Shown piece by piece: positions 1 to 12,973 of a stretch of 64,000 bases of DNA (within the stretch, counting starts at the first letter, position 1; every line of letters begins with the position of its first letter). The stretch is from assembly GCF_006345805.1 (NCBI RefSeq), contig NC_042997.1:187488001-187552000 (forward strand). The letters run 5' to 3'. Source of the stretch: Octopus sinensis (lineage: Eukaryota). Made by a program: the position numbers and the translations under genes. The notes under the pieces are model-generated. The model saw only the letters and a program-made list of their open reading frames with translations, was not told the DNA's origin and searched no databases.

Positions 1-3000
1 TACATACACAAATCCATACGTATAAAGTAGTCCCTTCAATCTCCTGCATCATATTTGTTGTTGTTCTTCTTTTGCTTCTTCTTCTTTTTATTATTATTAT
101 TATTGGGCAGTAAACAGTTAGGCACAAAGATGACAGTTTTAACGAAATCTTTAAAGTATGGAGGAAGGTTGGGGAGAGAAAAAAAAAATCAATATTTCCC
201 CTAATTAAGAAAGGATTGTAAGCAATTTAATCAATAGCAAGGAAGAATGCAGTTGAATTCCATCTCCTTTCTTTCCAGAAAAATGAGAAAAAAAATAAGG
301 TTTCTTGTACATTTGCTACTTTTGCTTTCTTTGTATCATATTCTTTCTCTCACTTGGAATTTCCTTGGACAAAGAGAAAGTAATAACATTAAATTGACAA
401 AGATTTTCTATAGTCATAGAGGCTTAAGCAATTCTGAACTGAAAGTTAAATTTGATTAAGGAATGAAAAAAACAGAAAAAAAGAGGATTTATTTTTGTTT
501 CTTTTCATTCCTAGCTTTTTTAAAAATATTTTTACTTGCTTTCTGACTTGCTTGTATTGGAATATTCTAAAACTGAATTAAAATTACGCAAAGGGTAAAT
601 TCTTAGGTGATTAAAAGTGGCATGTAGTTTTGTTTGTGCAGCTAGTTTTCATCATACTGCTAATGATAATAACTTAAAGTTGATAAACCCCCATCAAACT
701 TGGAAAACTAGAATGAATCTATTAAGATGTGATTGATTTTTCTTAGTAGCATATCAAATTATGAGAATTGTATTGTAGTTGTGCAGAGTACTGAAATACC
801 ATGTTGATGACCAGGATGTCAGAAAGTTAAGCTGTTGTCTTCTTTATATATGTCAGCCAACTATCTGATAAATTAAGTGAACACTGGGACACTATTTCTT
901 TATATTATTGACAGAAAAACACATTAAAATTAAATCTGCATTCAGTGATGCTAGTTATTGAAAATTCAATTCAATACAGAAAAATACTAGCTCTTTGTAT
1001 AGTTTGTTGAATAAATTGCTATAATGATAATGATATGAAAAATGTTTTGAAAATATGAATCATTTCTATGAAACTGCAAATAATTACTTTAATTTTAGGT
1101 AATACTTTAGCTGATTGTACATTATTAGATTTCAATATCATTATATTTATTAGAGCCAAGGTTTAATTGACTTGTTCCAAGATCAACAAACAATCAACCA
1201 CAACTATTTTAATGACTGTAAAGGATGAGAATAAAACAGAGGTAGTCAGAGGTAAGGGGGAAAAAAAGAGAGGATTTTTTAAGTAAATCTTAGAATTAAA
1301 GAGGAAAAAAACTACAAAATTGCCATATTAAAGCCTTAGTATTGAAAGAACACAGTAAGGGGAGTTATGTCAATTTTGAATTTAAAACTTCACATCTTTT
1401 TAGAATTTTCCATATTCTCTACTATGTGTGTACGCATGTGTCATACAGTCAAACACATAAATTTACAGATGTACACCGTGAATGCACTCACACTCCATTG
1501 GTTTTAATGATGAGTATTCCAATTGTTTGATCAACTGGACTACTTACTTAGTGAATTATAGTGCAAATGGCTAAGGATTCCACTGACTCTTAGACCCTTA
1601 ACACAATCCTCAGATTCAGCATGTTACTGTGTGAGAAGGCTGACCTTTTGATTTTCAGGTACAGTTCATTTGACAAGCTTCCACACAGTTTGGGTCTACA
1701 CCATTTCACTAACAAAACTTGAGCTGTCACAAGGCAATGATAGAGGATAATTGTCAAAGATGTCATATGACAGAATTTAACTCAAGGCATCTAGATAATG
1801 ATGTAAATTTCTTCATCAACCACACACACACACACATATATTGTACTGTTTTTATACCAATGACCAGTTAGATGTCTCTTTGCTTCCATCTATTTTTAAA
1901 ATTCCAAGACTATTTGCTTTTAGTTAAAGAATGTTGTTTGCTACCTTCTAATATTTAAATTATGAAGGAAGTCGAATCTTAAAAGTCTAGAAATGAATGC
2001 ATGTAAAGTATGTGGGTATTGCTTTAGGCTAACCAGTTAAAAATATCTTTAGGTTCAAATCCCATCAGTTTTGGCTTTGCCGTTTTCTCACTGTTAGGTC
2101 AATAAAATAAGCACTAGGAATAAGATCAATTTGATTGTCTTTATTCCTTCCCTGCAATTTTTTTGATCTTGTGCCAAAGTTAAGAATCAATATTTAACCT
2201 ATAATATAGATGCTAATGTTGAATTCAAATAACAAGTATAGATTGAAAGAATCTTATTTAAGAGCAATTCTTGTGATAATAGGGATATTTTTTTTTAGAT
2301 ACATCTGAAATTCTTTGAAAAACCGATATTGATGTATTGCTGTATGAGAAACTTATCAACATTGATTCCAGTAGAAAGGATAATGAACTGACTGAGAAAT
2401 AACCTTTTTAATGATTATGCAACTTCTATGAAGACTAATTTATGAAACTGAACCTGGAAGCTTGTTTCTTTTTTTTTTTTGTTCCTATTGTTAACAGTAT
2501 TTTATAGAATATTGTTCCTATATGAAATTATGGAAAATAGTAGAATGCTTCATATTGATTTCTTTTACATTTACATCCTATTTATGAAACCATATGACAT
2601 TTTTTCTATGAAAATGTCATATTTATAATTAAAATATATTTTTATCAATTATAAATCATTTCAAGATTCAAACATGGTGTTTAAACTAGTTCACTAAAAA
2701 TGCTATATACAGTATGAACATTTTGCAACTTCTTTCCATTGTGTTTTATACTTCTTTGAGAATATTATTCATTAATGATCTCCTGGCAAGAGAGTTGCCA
2801 AGCAGCCTTGTTATAACTTCCACTATCTGTTACAAATGTAAAATTTTAAATTTTTCGAAACATTTAAATTCTGGTAACAATAATTGAACTTCATAACTTA
2901 ATGTTTCTTTCTTACTTTTATACTTTTCTTAACTCTTAAAGGGGAACATAACATAGAAGATCAGGTGGGTGGGGAATAGGAACACCAAAGGAAATCTAAT

Positions 3001-4399
3001 AGGTACAGGGTACTAATGTAGATAGTTTTGGGTTTCAAATCTATCACATTTACATCACATTTATTCTAATCTGCTAATCTGCATCAATGGATTCTTCAGA
3101 TATCCTATTACTTTCATTTTGCTGTGTCTCTAAGATTCTGTCAATTTGCCTCCCCTCTTTCTTTTGATTTACAATTTCCTCATTGTGATAAACAATTCCA
3201 TCCCATCAGTTCTCAAACTTTCTTCTTTACCAACAGATGTAGACACTGTTTTGAAGTTTTCTACTAACTTAGTTATTAGATGTTCAGTGGCAAGTGGGGG
3301 TCCATATCTTCAAGACGGACATACTCCTCCCCTCTACTCCAAGCTCCCCTATCTTGTGATAAACATCTTTATTACTGTGTTTCCCTTGACTCTTATTAAA
3401 TGCTATGTAAACTAATTTAAAGGCACACACACACACACATACACAAATACAAATTTTTGAGACCTTTCTTCCTTGGAATTTATCAATATTTATCAAGGAA
3501 TTCATACTCCAGCAATATTTGATTTAGTGTCCCTTTTAGTTAGTTTCTCTAACCTTTAACCCCTCTGCCATGCAATTTCTTTTATGCTTGGTAGAGGCAG
3601 TTCTTGCTTCCTATCAAAGCAATTAGAATAAATATTCTTCATGGTTCTCAATTCCATTTCCATTGCTTGATATCCAAATTGCTCTCCAGCCCACTTCTAA
3701 AAGATTTATTTTTATTTTTTTGTTTTCCATGCCATGCATTTTCTTCTTAATAGCCACTTTTAAGTCTTGCTACTTTAATAGAAGTAAAGTTGTTGGCCAT
3801 TGCTAGATATTTTTTCATCCTTTAACTTCCACATGGTAATGACTGTTTTGGGCAGTGAGTTCATATTATTCTCTCTCTTTCCTCCCTCTCACATTCACCT
3901 CAAAGCATTTCTATTTTATCCTTTCCACTTAGTTGACTTTAGGAGGCTAAAAACCCATCCTTGAGATGTCTGTTTTCGTTTACCTAAGTTTACAGATTCA
4001 TGGGAATATATTATTGGCTTACTTTACCAAACAATATATAAAATATATATTTATATAAACCAGCTTTCCCCATTTTTTTTACTCTGAGGTACTTTTGAAA
4101 TACATTCCATGTGTGGGGGACTCCTTAATTAAAAATTATTATATATCTTTATAAACCTTCTTTTCATGAAATTAAATTTCATAACATGTTAAACAAATTG
4201 TAAAACTGTCTTTGGGAGGTTTGATGATTAAAAATCCAGCAAATGTCACAAAGAAGGTTTGAGAAATTTCATATCAACTAAGACCTTGCTTAAGAATAAA
4301 TTTCCCAACAATTCCCTATTAAGGGATCATTTTCCTGTAGTCTCCTTACTACCTAAAGATGCCAAGATTTCCCCACTTTAGGGAATATACCTTGCATCG

Positions 4400-4733
4400 T
4401 TTATCTTTCACTTGTTTCAGTCATTGGAATGTGGCCATGCTGAAGTGTTTTAATCAAACGAATTGACCCCAGTATATTTTCTTCGTTTTAAGCCTAACAC
4501 TTATTCTGTTGATCTCTTATGCTGAGCTAAGTTACAGGGATGAAAAGAAACCAACACTGGTTGGTGGGGACAAACACAAATGCAAAGACACACATATATA
4601 TGTGTGTTTGTGTGTCAGGCTTCTTTCAGTTTCTTTCTACCAAATCCATTCACTAGGCTTTGGTCGGACCAGGGCTATAGAAGACAATTATCCCAGGTAC
4701 CATGCAGTGGGACTGAACTTGGAATCACATAAT
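4400..4733 (-). mobile_element. tRNA-derived SINE family 1 (degraded copy)
   Basis: Reverse complement of the family seen at 7292-7717 (cacttgtttcagtcatt ... ttctttcagtttc..ctaccaaatcc ... gggactgaac). Confidence 0.75.
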
Positions 4734-5170
4734 TAATATAGAATTTAGCACAAAAGCAACTCAAAAAGGTATTTTCATATAATTTGCTTATTTGTTATAT
4801 CCCATGGAGCCCTTATTACTCTTTCACAGGACCCTGGTTAAGAAACATTAATGTAAATAAACTTACTTGGTTTCTTTGAAGAATTTTTTTTTTATTTGTT
4901 AGTTGGTCTCAAGGTAAAGAAACCACATGATCAATGACTGTAAGATTGTCATTAGAATGTTCCTTAGTTCATGAATAGCCAAGCCAGGCATGTGCATTGA
5001 GATTTAAACCCACAATTTTTATTCTAGTATTCTATGATTGCTCTTAAAAAAATATGTGCCTGTCAAGACATAAACTCATTACAATTTTGTTTTACACCTC
5101 TACTTTTATCTATATTTTTATTTTAAAATTTTCTATTTTCAACATTTGTTTCTTTTTTTCTTTTTTTCAG

Positions 5171-5312
5171 AATTCGCACAGAGAAGAATGGTGGAGCTTG
5201 GTGTCCAAAAAATGTAATCACTAAGGATACATATGAATATTTACAAATTAACTTAGGAGAATTATATGTCATTACAGATGTTGAAACTCAGGGCAGATTT
5301 GGAAATGGCAAA
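5171..5312 (+). CDS. DDR: Discoidin domain receptor, internal exon A (discoidin domain), phase 2 to phase 0
   Basis: Acceptor tttttttcag|A, donor AAA|gtaaga. Translates (R)IRTEKNGGAWCPKNVITKDTYEYLQINLGELYVITDVETQGRFGNGK, matching the DDR GAWCP...LQI.L...I..V.TQGR pattern. Confidence 0.96.
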
Positions 5313-5545
5313 GTAAGAATTAGTTTTATTTGTCCACTTTTTTTTTATATTTGAAGCAAATGTTCATTCTTATTCTATTTGAAAAATGAATTGCTAAACA
5401 CAATCTTTTGAAAATCTAACATAGTGTGATACAGGTTCAGATTTAGTACAGGTAATTTCTCATTTTTGAAATTTTTGATTATTGAAAGAGTAATTGGGGA
5501 ATTTTTTAAACGTAGGATAAAGGACTTTTTTAAAAGCATTGAAAT

Positions 5546-5705
5546 CATCATCGTCATCATCATTCTATGTCCATGTTCCTTGCTGGTATAGATTGGATGG
5601 TTTGACTGGATCCAAGGACTGCATCATGCTTCAATGCCTGCTTTGTCATGGTTTCTATGGCTGGATGCCCTTCTTAACACCAACCACTTTACAGAATCAT
5701 TCAAA
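5546..5705 (-). mobile_element. RTE-type LINE 3' end, old copy
   Basis: (CAT)n tail followed by ...ctggatgcccttcttaacaccaaccac, shared with younger copies at 52526 and 61105. Confidence 0.65.
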
Positions 5706-5719
5706 TATCAGACAAAATG

Positions 5720-5880
5720 CTTTGAAGTACTTCAAGCTCTTTACATTTTGAGTTCAAATCCTCGCATGATTAACTTTACCTTTCATCCTTCTGAGGTCAA
5801 TAAAAGTACCACTCACATACTGGGTTTGGTTTAACCAATTAATTCTTCCCTTGTACCTTCGTTAGAAATTATTATTTGAT
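5720..5880 (+). mobile_element. tRNA-derived SINE family 2 (degraded)
   Basis: gagttcaaatcc B-box followed by tttacctttcatccttctgaggtcaataaaagtacc core. Confidence 0.6.
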
Positions 5881-6399
5881 GTGTTTTACTATGCTAGCAT
5901 AGTAAAACAGACATGCAGTTATCAAGCACTCATCACAGTCCTTCATCATTTAACACACCCAGCAATAAAGATCATCAGTTCACCTTTATTGTGTTTGTCA
6001 TGTTTTTAGCTTGTCATTTTTATGGCAGGCTATCCTTCCCCTTGATAAACACTTCAGAGCCTGATCTGGACATATTTTATTGTGCTACCAGCACGAGGTG
6101 GTGATACTTGAGAGTTTTCTTGAAATTGTATCAATGCTTTTATTCCAAATATCTGTTCTCCTTGGACAGGTTACCTGCACTGAGGCTTAATTTATTTAAA
6201 CTTTTGTCACTCTTACAATTTTTTTTTTTCAGAATATTATATAGTAGGTATTTTGAACATGTTAGATTTTTAAGGTCATCCTAGAGCAGAGCCTAAAAAA
6301 AACATTGCTTAGTCATCACTTGTGAGTGAGTATGACCTGGTAGTGTGTATCTTGCTTTCACTAATTGTTTTAGTGCTTGTGAGCAGAGGTAAACACCCT

Positions 6400-6612
6400 C
6401 TTACCCTTCCCAGCCATGTCTCAGTGGAATATCAATGATGTGATAACTGGAGAGAGGGATCTGCAATAGCAATTAGCTGGTGCTCGTTTTCAACTGAGTA
6501 AATTGAAGCAGTGTGAAGTAATAAGACTTGCTCAAGGATGCAATGTGCTGCTCAGTCCAGAAATTGAACCTATGACTTTATAGTTGTGAGCCTGACTCCC
6601 TGGCCACACACC
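6400..6612 (-). mobile_element. tRNA-derived SINE family 3 (degraded)
   Basis: Reverse complement resembles 16068-16375 (ttgagcaag.cttatt...tcactcag core, ggttcaatttc B-box). Boundaries approximate. Confidence 0.5.
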
Positions 6613-6746
6613 TTCATCATAAAAAACATAAGACTAAAAAAAGAATAACATCATGGTAATTTCTGTCTTTGTCATGTGATACAAAGTGTCATCTCAGTCT
6701 CTCTCTCTGTTGTGGCATTTCTCATTTATTTCTCTTCTAATTATGT

Positions 6747-6777
<31 letters not shown>

Positions 6778-7291
6778 AACATACACACACACACACACAC
6801 ACACAAATATATATAAACTATGTTAGTATGCAGTTTACTGCTGGAGTCATCAGCTAGGTTCATCAACATCAGATGTTTTATCCCTTAACATAAAACATCT
6901 TTAAGATAGTAGAACAGCAGAAGGTGATCAGCCACCCATCTACAACAGTTAGGTCTCCAGCTACTGTCATATTTATTGCTGACTGGATATTCTTTTTGCT
7001 GCTGTTATATTATTGCTATCTTCCTTTCCCTTCCTTTCTGAAGCAGCCATTGTCTTCAAGGTTTGTGACTAATTCTTTCATCCTTACTTTCTACTTGAAA
7101 TCTTCTTGGAATCTAGTCTCCCATGAAATAGTTAACTTCATTCAGCATTACCAGCTTCATGCTGCTGGACTATAGCAGGATATTTTATCTACATCGCTGG
7201 TTCTCAACCGGGGTCCGGGCCACGTAACAAAATAGAAAGTTGGGGATCCACAAATAGTATTTTAAGGGCCCCTGAAAAAAATTTTGCTTTA

Positions 7292-7456
7292 GGCACAGGA
7301 GTGGCTGTGTGGTAAGTAATTTGCTTACCAACCACATGGTTCCGGGTTCAGTCCCACTGTGTGGCATCTTGGGCAAGTGTCTTCTGCTATAGCCTCGGGC
7401 CAACCAATGCCTTGTGAGTGGATTTGGTAGACGGAAACTGAAAGAAGCCTGTCGTA

Positions 7457-7514
<58 letters not shown>

Positions 7515-7717
7515 TGTGTGTCTGTGTTTGTCCCTCTAGCATTGCTTGACAACCGATGCTGGTGTGTTTACATCCCTGTCACTTAGTGGTTCAGCAAAAG
7601 AGACCGATAGAATAAGTACTGAGCTTACAAAGAATAAGTCCCGGGGTCGATTTGATCAACTAAAGGCGGTGCTCCAGCATGGCCACAGTCAAATGACTGA
7701 AACAAGTAAAAGAGAGT
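7292..7717 (+). mobile_element. tRNA-derived SINE family 1, full length, internal (TA)n
   Basis: Head ggcacaggagtggctgtgtggtaag...ggttcagtccc (A/B-box-like), central TA/TG microsatellite, tail aaatgactgaaacaagtaaaagag. Near-identical copies at 23749 and 48534. Confidence 0.9.
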
Positions 7718-7857
7718 AGATATATGTATTGGTATGTATTGCAAGAAACAGCTAAGTTTCTTTCTCTAACAGTTTACATAATTCAAACTACACAAATTAA
7801 TGTGTGGAAAACAGAATAGGAATTTTGAAAGAAGTTTCTATAAAACTAATTTTTTTC

Positions 7858-8078
7858 CCCTTCAGCATTCAGATTCCTTAGCCAAATGTATTGCTTATTT
7901 ATTCACATTGATATGCATTAGTCATGCATTACCTTGTAGCTTTGAGATTTCAATGATGTGATTATTTATTTTTAGAATAATATTGTAAGGTAAGTGTGGG
8001 AGGCCAGATCTGGTTAGTTTCAAGATGAGAACCGGTAGAATATTTTGGCCAGGTATGGCTGGTTCAAATGCTAAAGGG
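7858..8078. mobile_element. piggyBac-type MITE, subfamily with CCCTTTAGCATT TIR
   Basis: ccct-tcagcatt ... aatgctaaaggg followed by TTAA; the empty reference at 42836-42841 has TTAA at this point. Related copies at 36604 and 45018. Confidence 0.8.
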
Positions 8079-8397
8079 TTAAATGTCAAATAGCTATGGT
8101 GGTCTACCAGAATAAAATAGTAATCAAAGGGGTCCATAGGTAAAAACCGGTTGAGAACCCTTGATCTGCATGTATTCCCTATTGTTAGAAGCTTGTGCTA
8201 AGGATGGCACTTCTCTGCTGGTTTTTCACATCACAGTACTCTCTACTTTCATTTTCTTCTGTCTGAGTTAATACTTTTAGAACCTGGTCATGTTTCTCCA
8301 TTTATTTCACTTTTGAGTTCAAGAAAACTGGGACACATAAAGAATAGACTCTAGATTGGCTGGTTTCTGGTGTATGTAACATTTTCAACCTCATTAC

Positions 8398-8632
8398 CTA
8401 TTTCTTTATTACCCACAAGGGGTTAAACATAGAGGGGACAAACAAGAACAGACATAGGTATTAAGTCAATTACATCGACCCCAGTGCGGAACTGGTATTT
8501 AATTTATCGACCCCGAAAGGATGAAAGGCAAAGTCAACCTCAGCGGAATTTGAACTCACAACGTAACAACAGACGAAATACCGCTAAGCATTTTGCCCGG
8601 CGTGCTAACGTTTCTGCCAGCTCGTCAACCTT
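8398..8632 (-). mobile_element. tRNA-derived SINE family 2, near full length
   Basis: Reverse complement of 51434-51645 (ggcggcgagctggcagaa head, gcctttcatcctttcggggtcgataaa core, aataaagaaata tail). Confidence 0.9.
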
Positions 8633-11604
8633 AACTGGAACTAAAACTAGAATGAAGTATATTTCCAAATTTCATTTTAAGATAGCTTACTCTGCCCTTA
8701 TGCCCCACTTGTGTGAGGGATATTTACATACACACACACACATACACATGTACTGCACACACACTCTTTTATTCATGATCAAATAACAAAGGCAGTTATA
8801 ATAAAGACAAATTGTTAAATACCAACATCAACAATAAAATGAAGAAAGCTACACTTGATATCAAAATATTAATAAAAATTTAGAAAGCATTATTGGTCCA
8901 TAATAAGAGTTGAGAATCCAGTAAATATTTTTGCATAATACACAACACTTTTACTGTGGTGTTACTGTTAATATAACATTACATTCTAAAAGCTAATTCT
9001 ACAAACTATTCTCTATTAAACTTCTCAAGTAGGTTTTACTAATTTATATTACTTAAAAAGAATATGTAAATTAAATAATAATCCATTAAATCAATCTAAC
9101 CGTTCTTCCATGGAAGCCATTTATATGAAAGAATAATGTTGTACATGAAATATCTTTATTAAATATTCATTAAGCTTACATTTTTTCTTTTAAAATTATT
9201 GTTCATTCATTATTGAGTTTCATTACATTTAAATTGATAGTTGTTGCTATCAATGTGTCCTTTTTTAAGTTGGTAGGTATGATTTGAAAGAGCTATGCCA
9301 ACTATTTCTAGTAGGTCAGGTAAGAATACAAAGGCTGCCTTGTTGGCTTCCTTAGAATAGGTATGGCATCATTAGAATAGGTGAATTTATCAGTCTGTTA
9401 CTTCACTTATAATCAGATGTATAGTAGAGATAGTTGATTCAGGGAATGTTTAAAATCCTGTTATGCTATTCCATTTTTTTTTTTTTTTGTGTTAATGAAA
9501 TCAAATACTAATATTTCACTAACCCATATTATAAATCCACTCTAGATATTAGATAATTCAGAGATATAATATATATAGGTAGGGTTGAATTATTATGACT
9601 GGTTAAGTTTACAGCAATGTTTACACAAAGTATAAATAGTGGCAGTTTTATATATCAATTGAAACTTTGCCAATAATCTTTTGTAACAATACTGCTACTG
9701 TGTGCGGTAGTGAAATATGGTAGATTTAGGAAAGTGGTTTGTTTCTTTCAACTAAATCAAGCACAAATTATTATGTTGGCAAGTTGTTTGCCTCACATAA
9801 AACATTTTGTATTTTTCTATTTAAAATTGAAAACAAACATGGTTTTACATGTTAAAAATGCTAATTTGGTGGTCTCTCTGTATTTTGCCTGGTGATTTCT
9901 TGGATTCACATCAATTTCTATTTGTGCCTAACATTATTATTGCTGTAACCATGGCTAAAAACCGGAATTGGTTAAAAAAAAGGGGTCTCTTGTGAATTTA
10001 TGCTTCAACCTTGATCTTTAATAATAGTGATTTTTTTATTTGTTTGTTTGCATTGCTTCCATGTTGCTATGTTATTTTAAATCTCTCTGCCCTCTACTCT
10101 CTCAGTCTGCTATTAGTCATCATCCATGAACTGGGAAATCTTTCTATATTGTACAAATAATTGGATTTTCCAACTTGTTTCCATTGATATTAACCAGTTG
10201 TCACATAAACATTTTCTGATTAAAATCTTTCCTTCCATTAAATGGAAATGCCAGCAAAATATGAGATGGATGGTTGGTTAATTTTATTTTTGTTTTGTTT
10301 TACAACTTCATTAATTGAATTAATTTTTCAAAAATATATGAAGTGGGGAAAAAAAATATTTTAACAAAATCTATAGCTTTTCAAAAGGAAATATTGTTTT
10401 TTTGTTAAATATTTTTATCCTACATATTTGTGTACAACTTTTGTTTTATTTTTATAATCATTGTAATATTTGTTTCTAATTTAATTATTTGAGCAATTAA
10501 AATACAGAAGGAATGTGGATTATTCTAACAACCATTATTACTACCAGCTTTTATTGATCCCTGCAATTTTTTGCAACTGACGTCAGAAAGTCAGAAAGGT
10601 AGAGGTCACTGAAATTCAATGCCCAGTTGATAAAAGTTGATGGCATTTATTTTATTACAAAATAGTGAAATTTTTTTGAATTTCTCAGGTCTTCATAAAC
10701 TTGTTGTATATCATTATAAATGTATGTATGAGTATGTTTGATTGCACATGCTTGTGTGTGTGTGTGTGTGTATGTGTGTGTGTGAAATGTATGCAAATAT
10801 ATATTTTTGCATCTGCACATTTGTTTTTGAGTGTAAGAAAGGCTAATTATCAACTATGGATGAAATTAACTGTGAGCATTGCTAACATCTAATTAATTTG
10901 TCAAAATGATGACCCAAACCTCAATCTTTCAACAAATGTTAAATTTTTTCATTTGCAATTCTTTCATCATCATCATCATCATCATCATCTTTCTTTTTAG
11001 AAATCAAAAAAACAAATACTAAGCCCTAGAAAATTCATTTGAAATCTTAAGTTTAAAAACTAGGAGCAAATGATTTTATTTTCATGAGTGCATCCTCATT
11101 TCAGAAATGTTCACAATTATACATTTTATTGTAAACATTCATTGTTAGGTAAGCGCCAAACATTTTACATAGAACTAGCTATGTTGTGTAATTTGTTTCT
11201 AAAGGGATATGGGAATCTGGAAAATGAATATACACAGATAAGCATCAATTAAAATGAAAATATTATAAATAATTATTTAAGAACACTCAATCTAAACTTT
11301 TTGTGTGCAGGAATGAGTTATTATACTAACAAAATACATATATCAAATACTCTAGCTCTTTTTCAGTTTTGTCAGACTTGCTCTAAAAAATACATAGTTA
11401 TTAAATATAAAAATTATGAATAATTATATATAATAAATATATAATTGTACACAAAGTCTGTTTACAAAAATCACTCATCGTCAAATTGCAAATCAAAGGG
11501 ATACAAGTTTTGTCTTTTAAGCTACAATATTTAAAAATATCCTTAAGAAACACACTCAGGACAAAGGTCTGTTTGAAAACAAAGAGACATCTGCATTCTC
11601 CTGC

Positions 11605-12270
11605 TCAACAAATACTTTTACAGTGGCTTTTTGTGTGAAGAGCAAATGCTTTCTTGATGTTTTCCAGCTCAACATATGTAAAGGGCCTTGTGCCAACCAA
11701 CTGGATAGGACCATAGAACACATTATTTGTATGACAAGTGTCAATATCATCCCTTTTGGGCCAGTTAAAGGTGTTGATACCAGCAACAGTAGATCTATGA
11801 AAAAAATTGAACTTAATCATACAACCAGAGACATGTTCTAGGGCCCTGCCAATGTAGAACTGGCAAAGATAGTTTACAGCATCATACTGCTCCACATGCA
11901 CTGTGATACTGTTGGGAGAACCAGGCTCTACATTTTCCTCTGGAAGATCTTTATTGACCCTTCTGGTTACTTTTCCAAAGTTTTGGGGGCTCTTGAATGC
12001 CTTGTTGTGCATCTCTTCTTCTTTATATCTTGCTGCTGGTTTTTTTCTTTTCAACTTGGACTCTTTTCTTCTTTCATTCTTTCTCTCTCAGTGCTCCTCT
12101 CTCTCTCAGACATGGTTGATTTTTTTCTCTGCATATTTCCTCCTCTTCCTGTCTCAGTCTTTTTTTGTTATGCTCTTCAAGTTTGATAGGATCACTTCTT
12201 ATTTTCTTCCTGAACTTCTTCCTTCTTTCTATACCAGAAGCCAGTTTTTCAACCAGAGTACTGACAAACA
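11605..12270 (-). pseudogene. Fossil ORF, probably an internally deleted DNA-transposon gene of unassigned family
   Basis: ORFs 12074..12271 and 11605..12054 join into one frame with one A-run frameshift and three TGA stops (CGA->TGA-compatible). Basic N-terminus (ERRKKFRKKIRSDP...), KSPQNFGKVTRRV.K.LP motif, C-terminal F.WP..DD...VFYGPI.L.G..PF motif. Confidence 0.5.
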
Positions 12271-12853
12271 CAAGTCAGCCCTTTTGAAGTAAGCACATGA
12301 TCTTGCACTATCCCATAATGCAACAAATATGGTGAACTAGTGCCCATACTCACAAAACAAGGAGTGAAAACTGGTGTCTTTTTTTTTTTTTTTTTTTTTG
12401 CTTATCTTCAGATTTACACTTACTCATACGACTGTTTAATTAGAATTTTAAAAGTTTGGGATTACAGTCACCATTAAAAATGTAGAGTTTTCCAATAGCC
12501 AGATATATATTAAATTGGGCTTTTGTTAGATCAATCCACATGTTTCAATCTATGATATACACATAATATATACATATTTATACAAATATTGTAGTTTCAG
12601 AAGGATCGTTCTGCAGGTTCAGAAAGTCACATCAGGTTTATTTTCATTGGACTTTAACACACTTTTGAGTATTTATGATCTGCTAGTCTAGCTTTTAGTT
12701 TTAAATTTGCATCAGAATGAAATATATCATTGAAACTATTATAGCTACTATCACCACTTTAGATAAGACCTGTTGGACTTCACACTTTTTCTGCAACAGA
12801 CTTCCCCTCCGCAACGAAAAAATACTTATGTACTTTGGAGAGAACAAAAAAAC

Positions 12854-12973
12854 ATCTGCTTGTCAGTGAATTAGAAGCAACAACCTGTGAATAGTGTTAA
12901 CTAGTTAAGGAATATTCCTTAACTAGTTAACACTATTCACAGGTTGTTGCTTCTAATTCACTGACAAGCAGAT
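12854..12973. repeat. Perfect 120-bp palindrome (two 60-bp arms, no spacer)
   Basis: Checked base by base: 12854-12913 is the exact reverse complement of 12914-12973, centre GGAAT|ATTCC. Confidence 0.98.

Larger units (their letters stand above)
7195..8163 (+). mobile_element. hAT-Charlie-type MITE interrupted by a SINE and a piggyBac-type MITE
   Basis: TIRs cgctggttctcaacc / ggttgagaacccttg; 8-bp TSD atctacat (7187-7194) / atctgcat (8164-8171). Collinear with the uninterrupted copy at 42573-42921. Confidence 0.9.

Noticed and set aside
1-5170. Search for the upstream DDR exon (signal peptide, C..LGM.SG.I...ITASS)
   Set aside because: No matching translation with splice sites was found; it is presumably upstream of the window.
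7325-7552. Recurring ORFs MSSNARGTNTDTQT... (also 23673-23930, 48508-48764)
   Set aside because: Antisense translation of SINE1 across its microsatellite; not a gene family.
11896-12292. Hydrophobic plus-strand ORFs (possible membrane protein)
   Set aside because: Antisense shadow of the purine-rich, Lys/Arg/Glu-rich fossil ORF on the minus strand.
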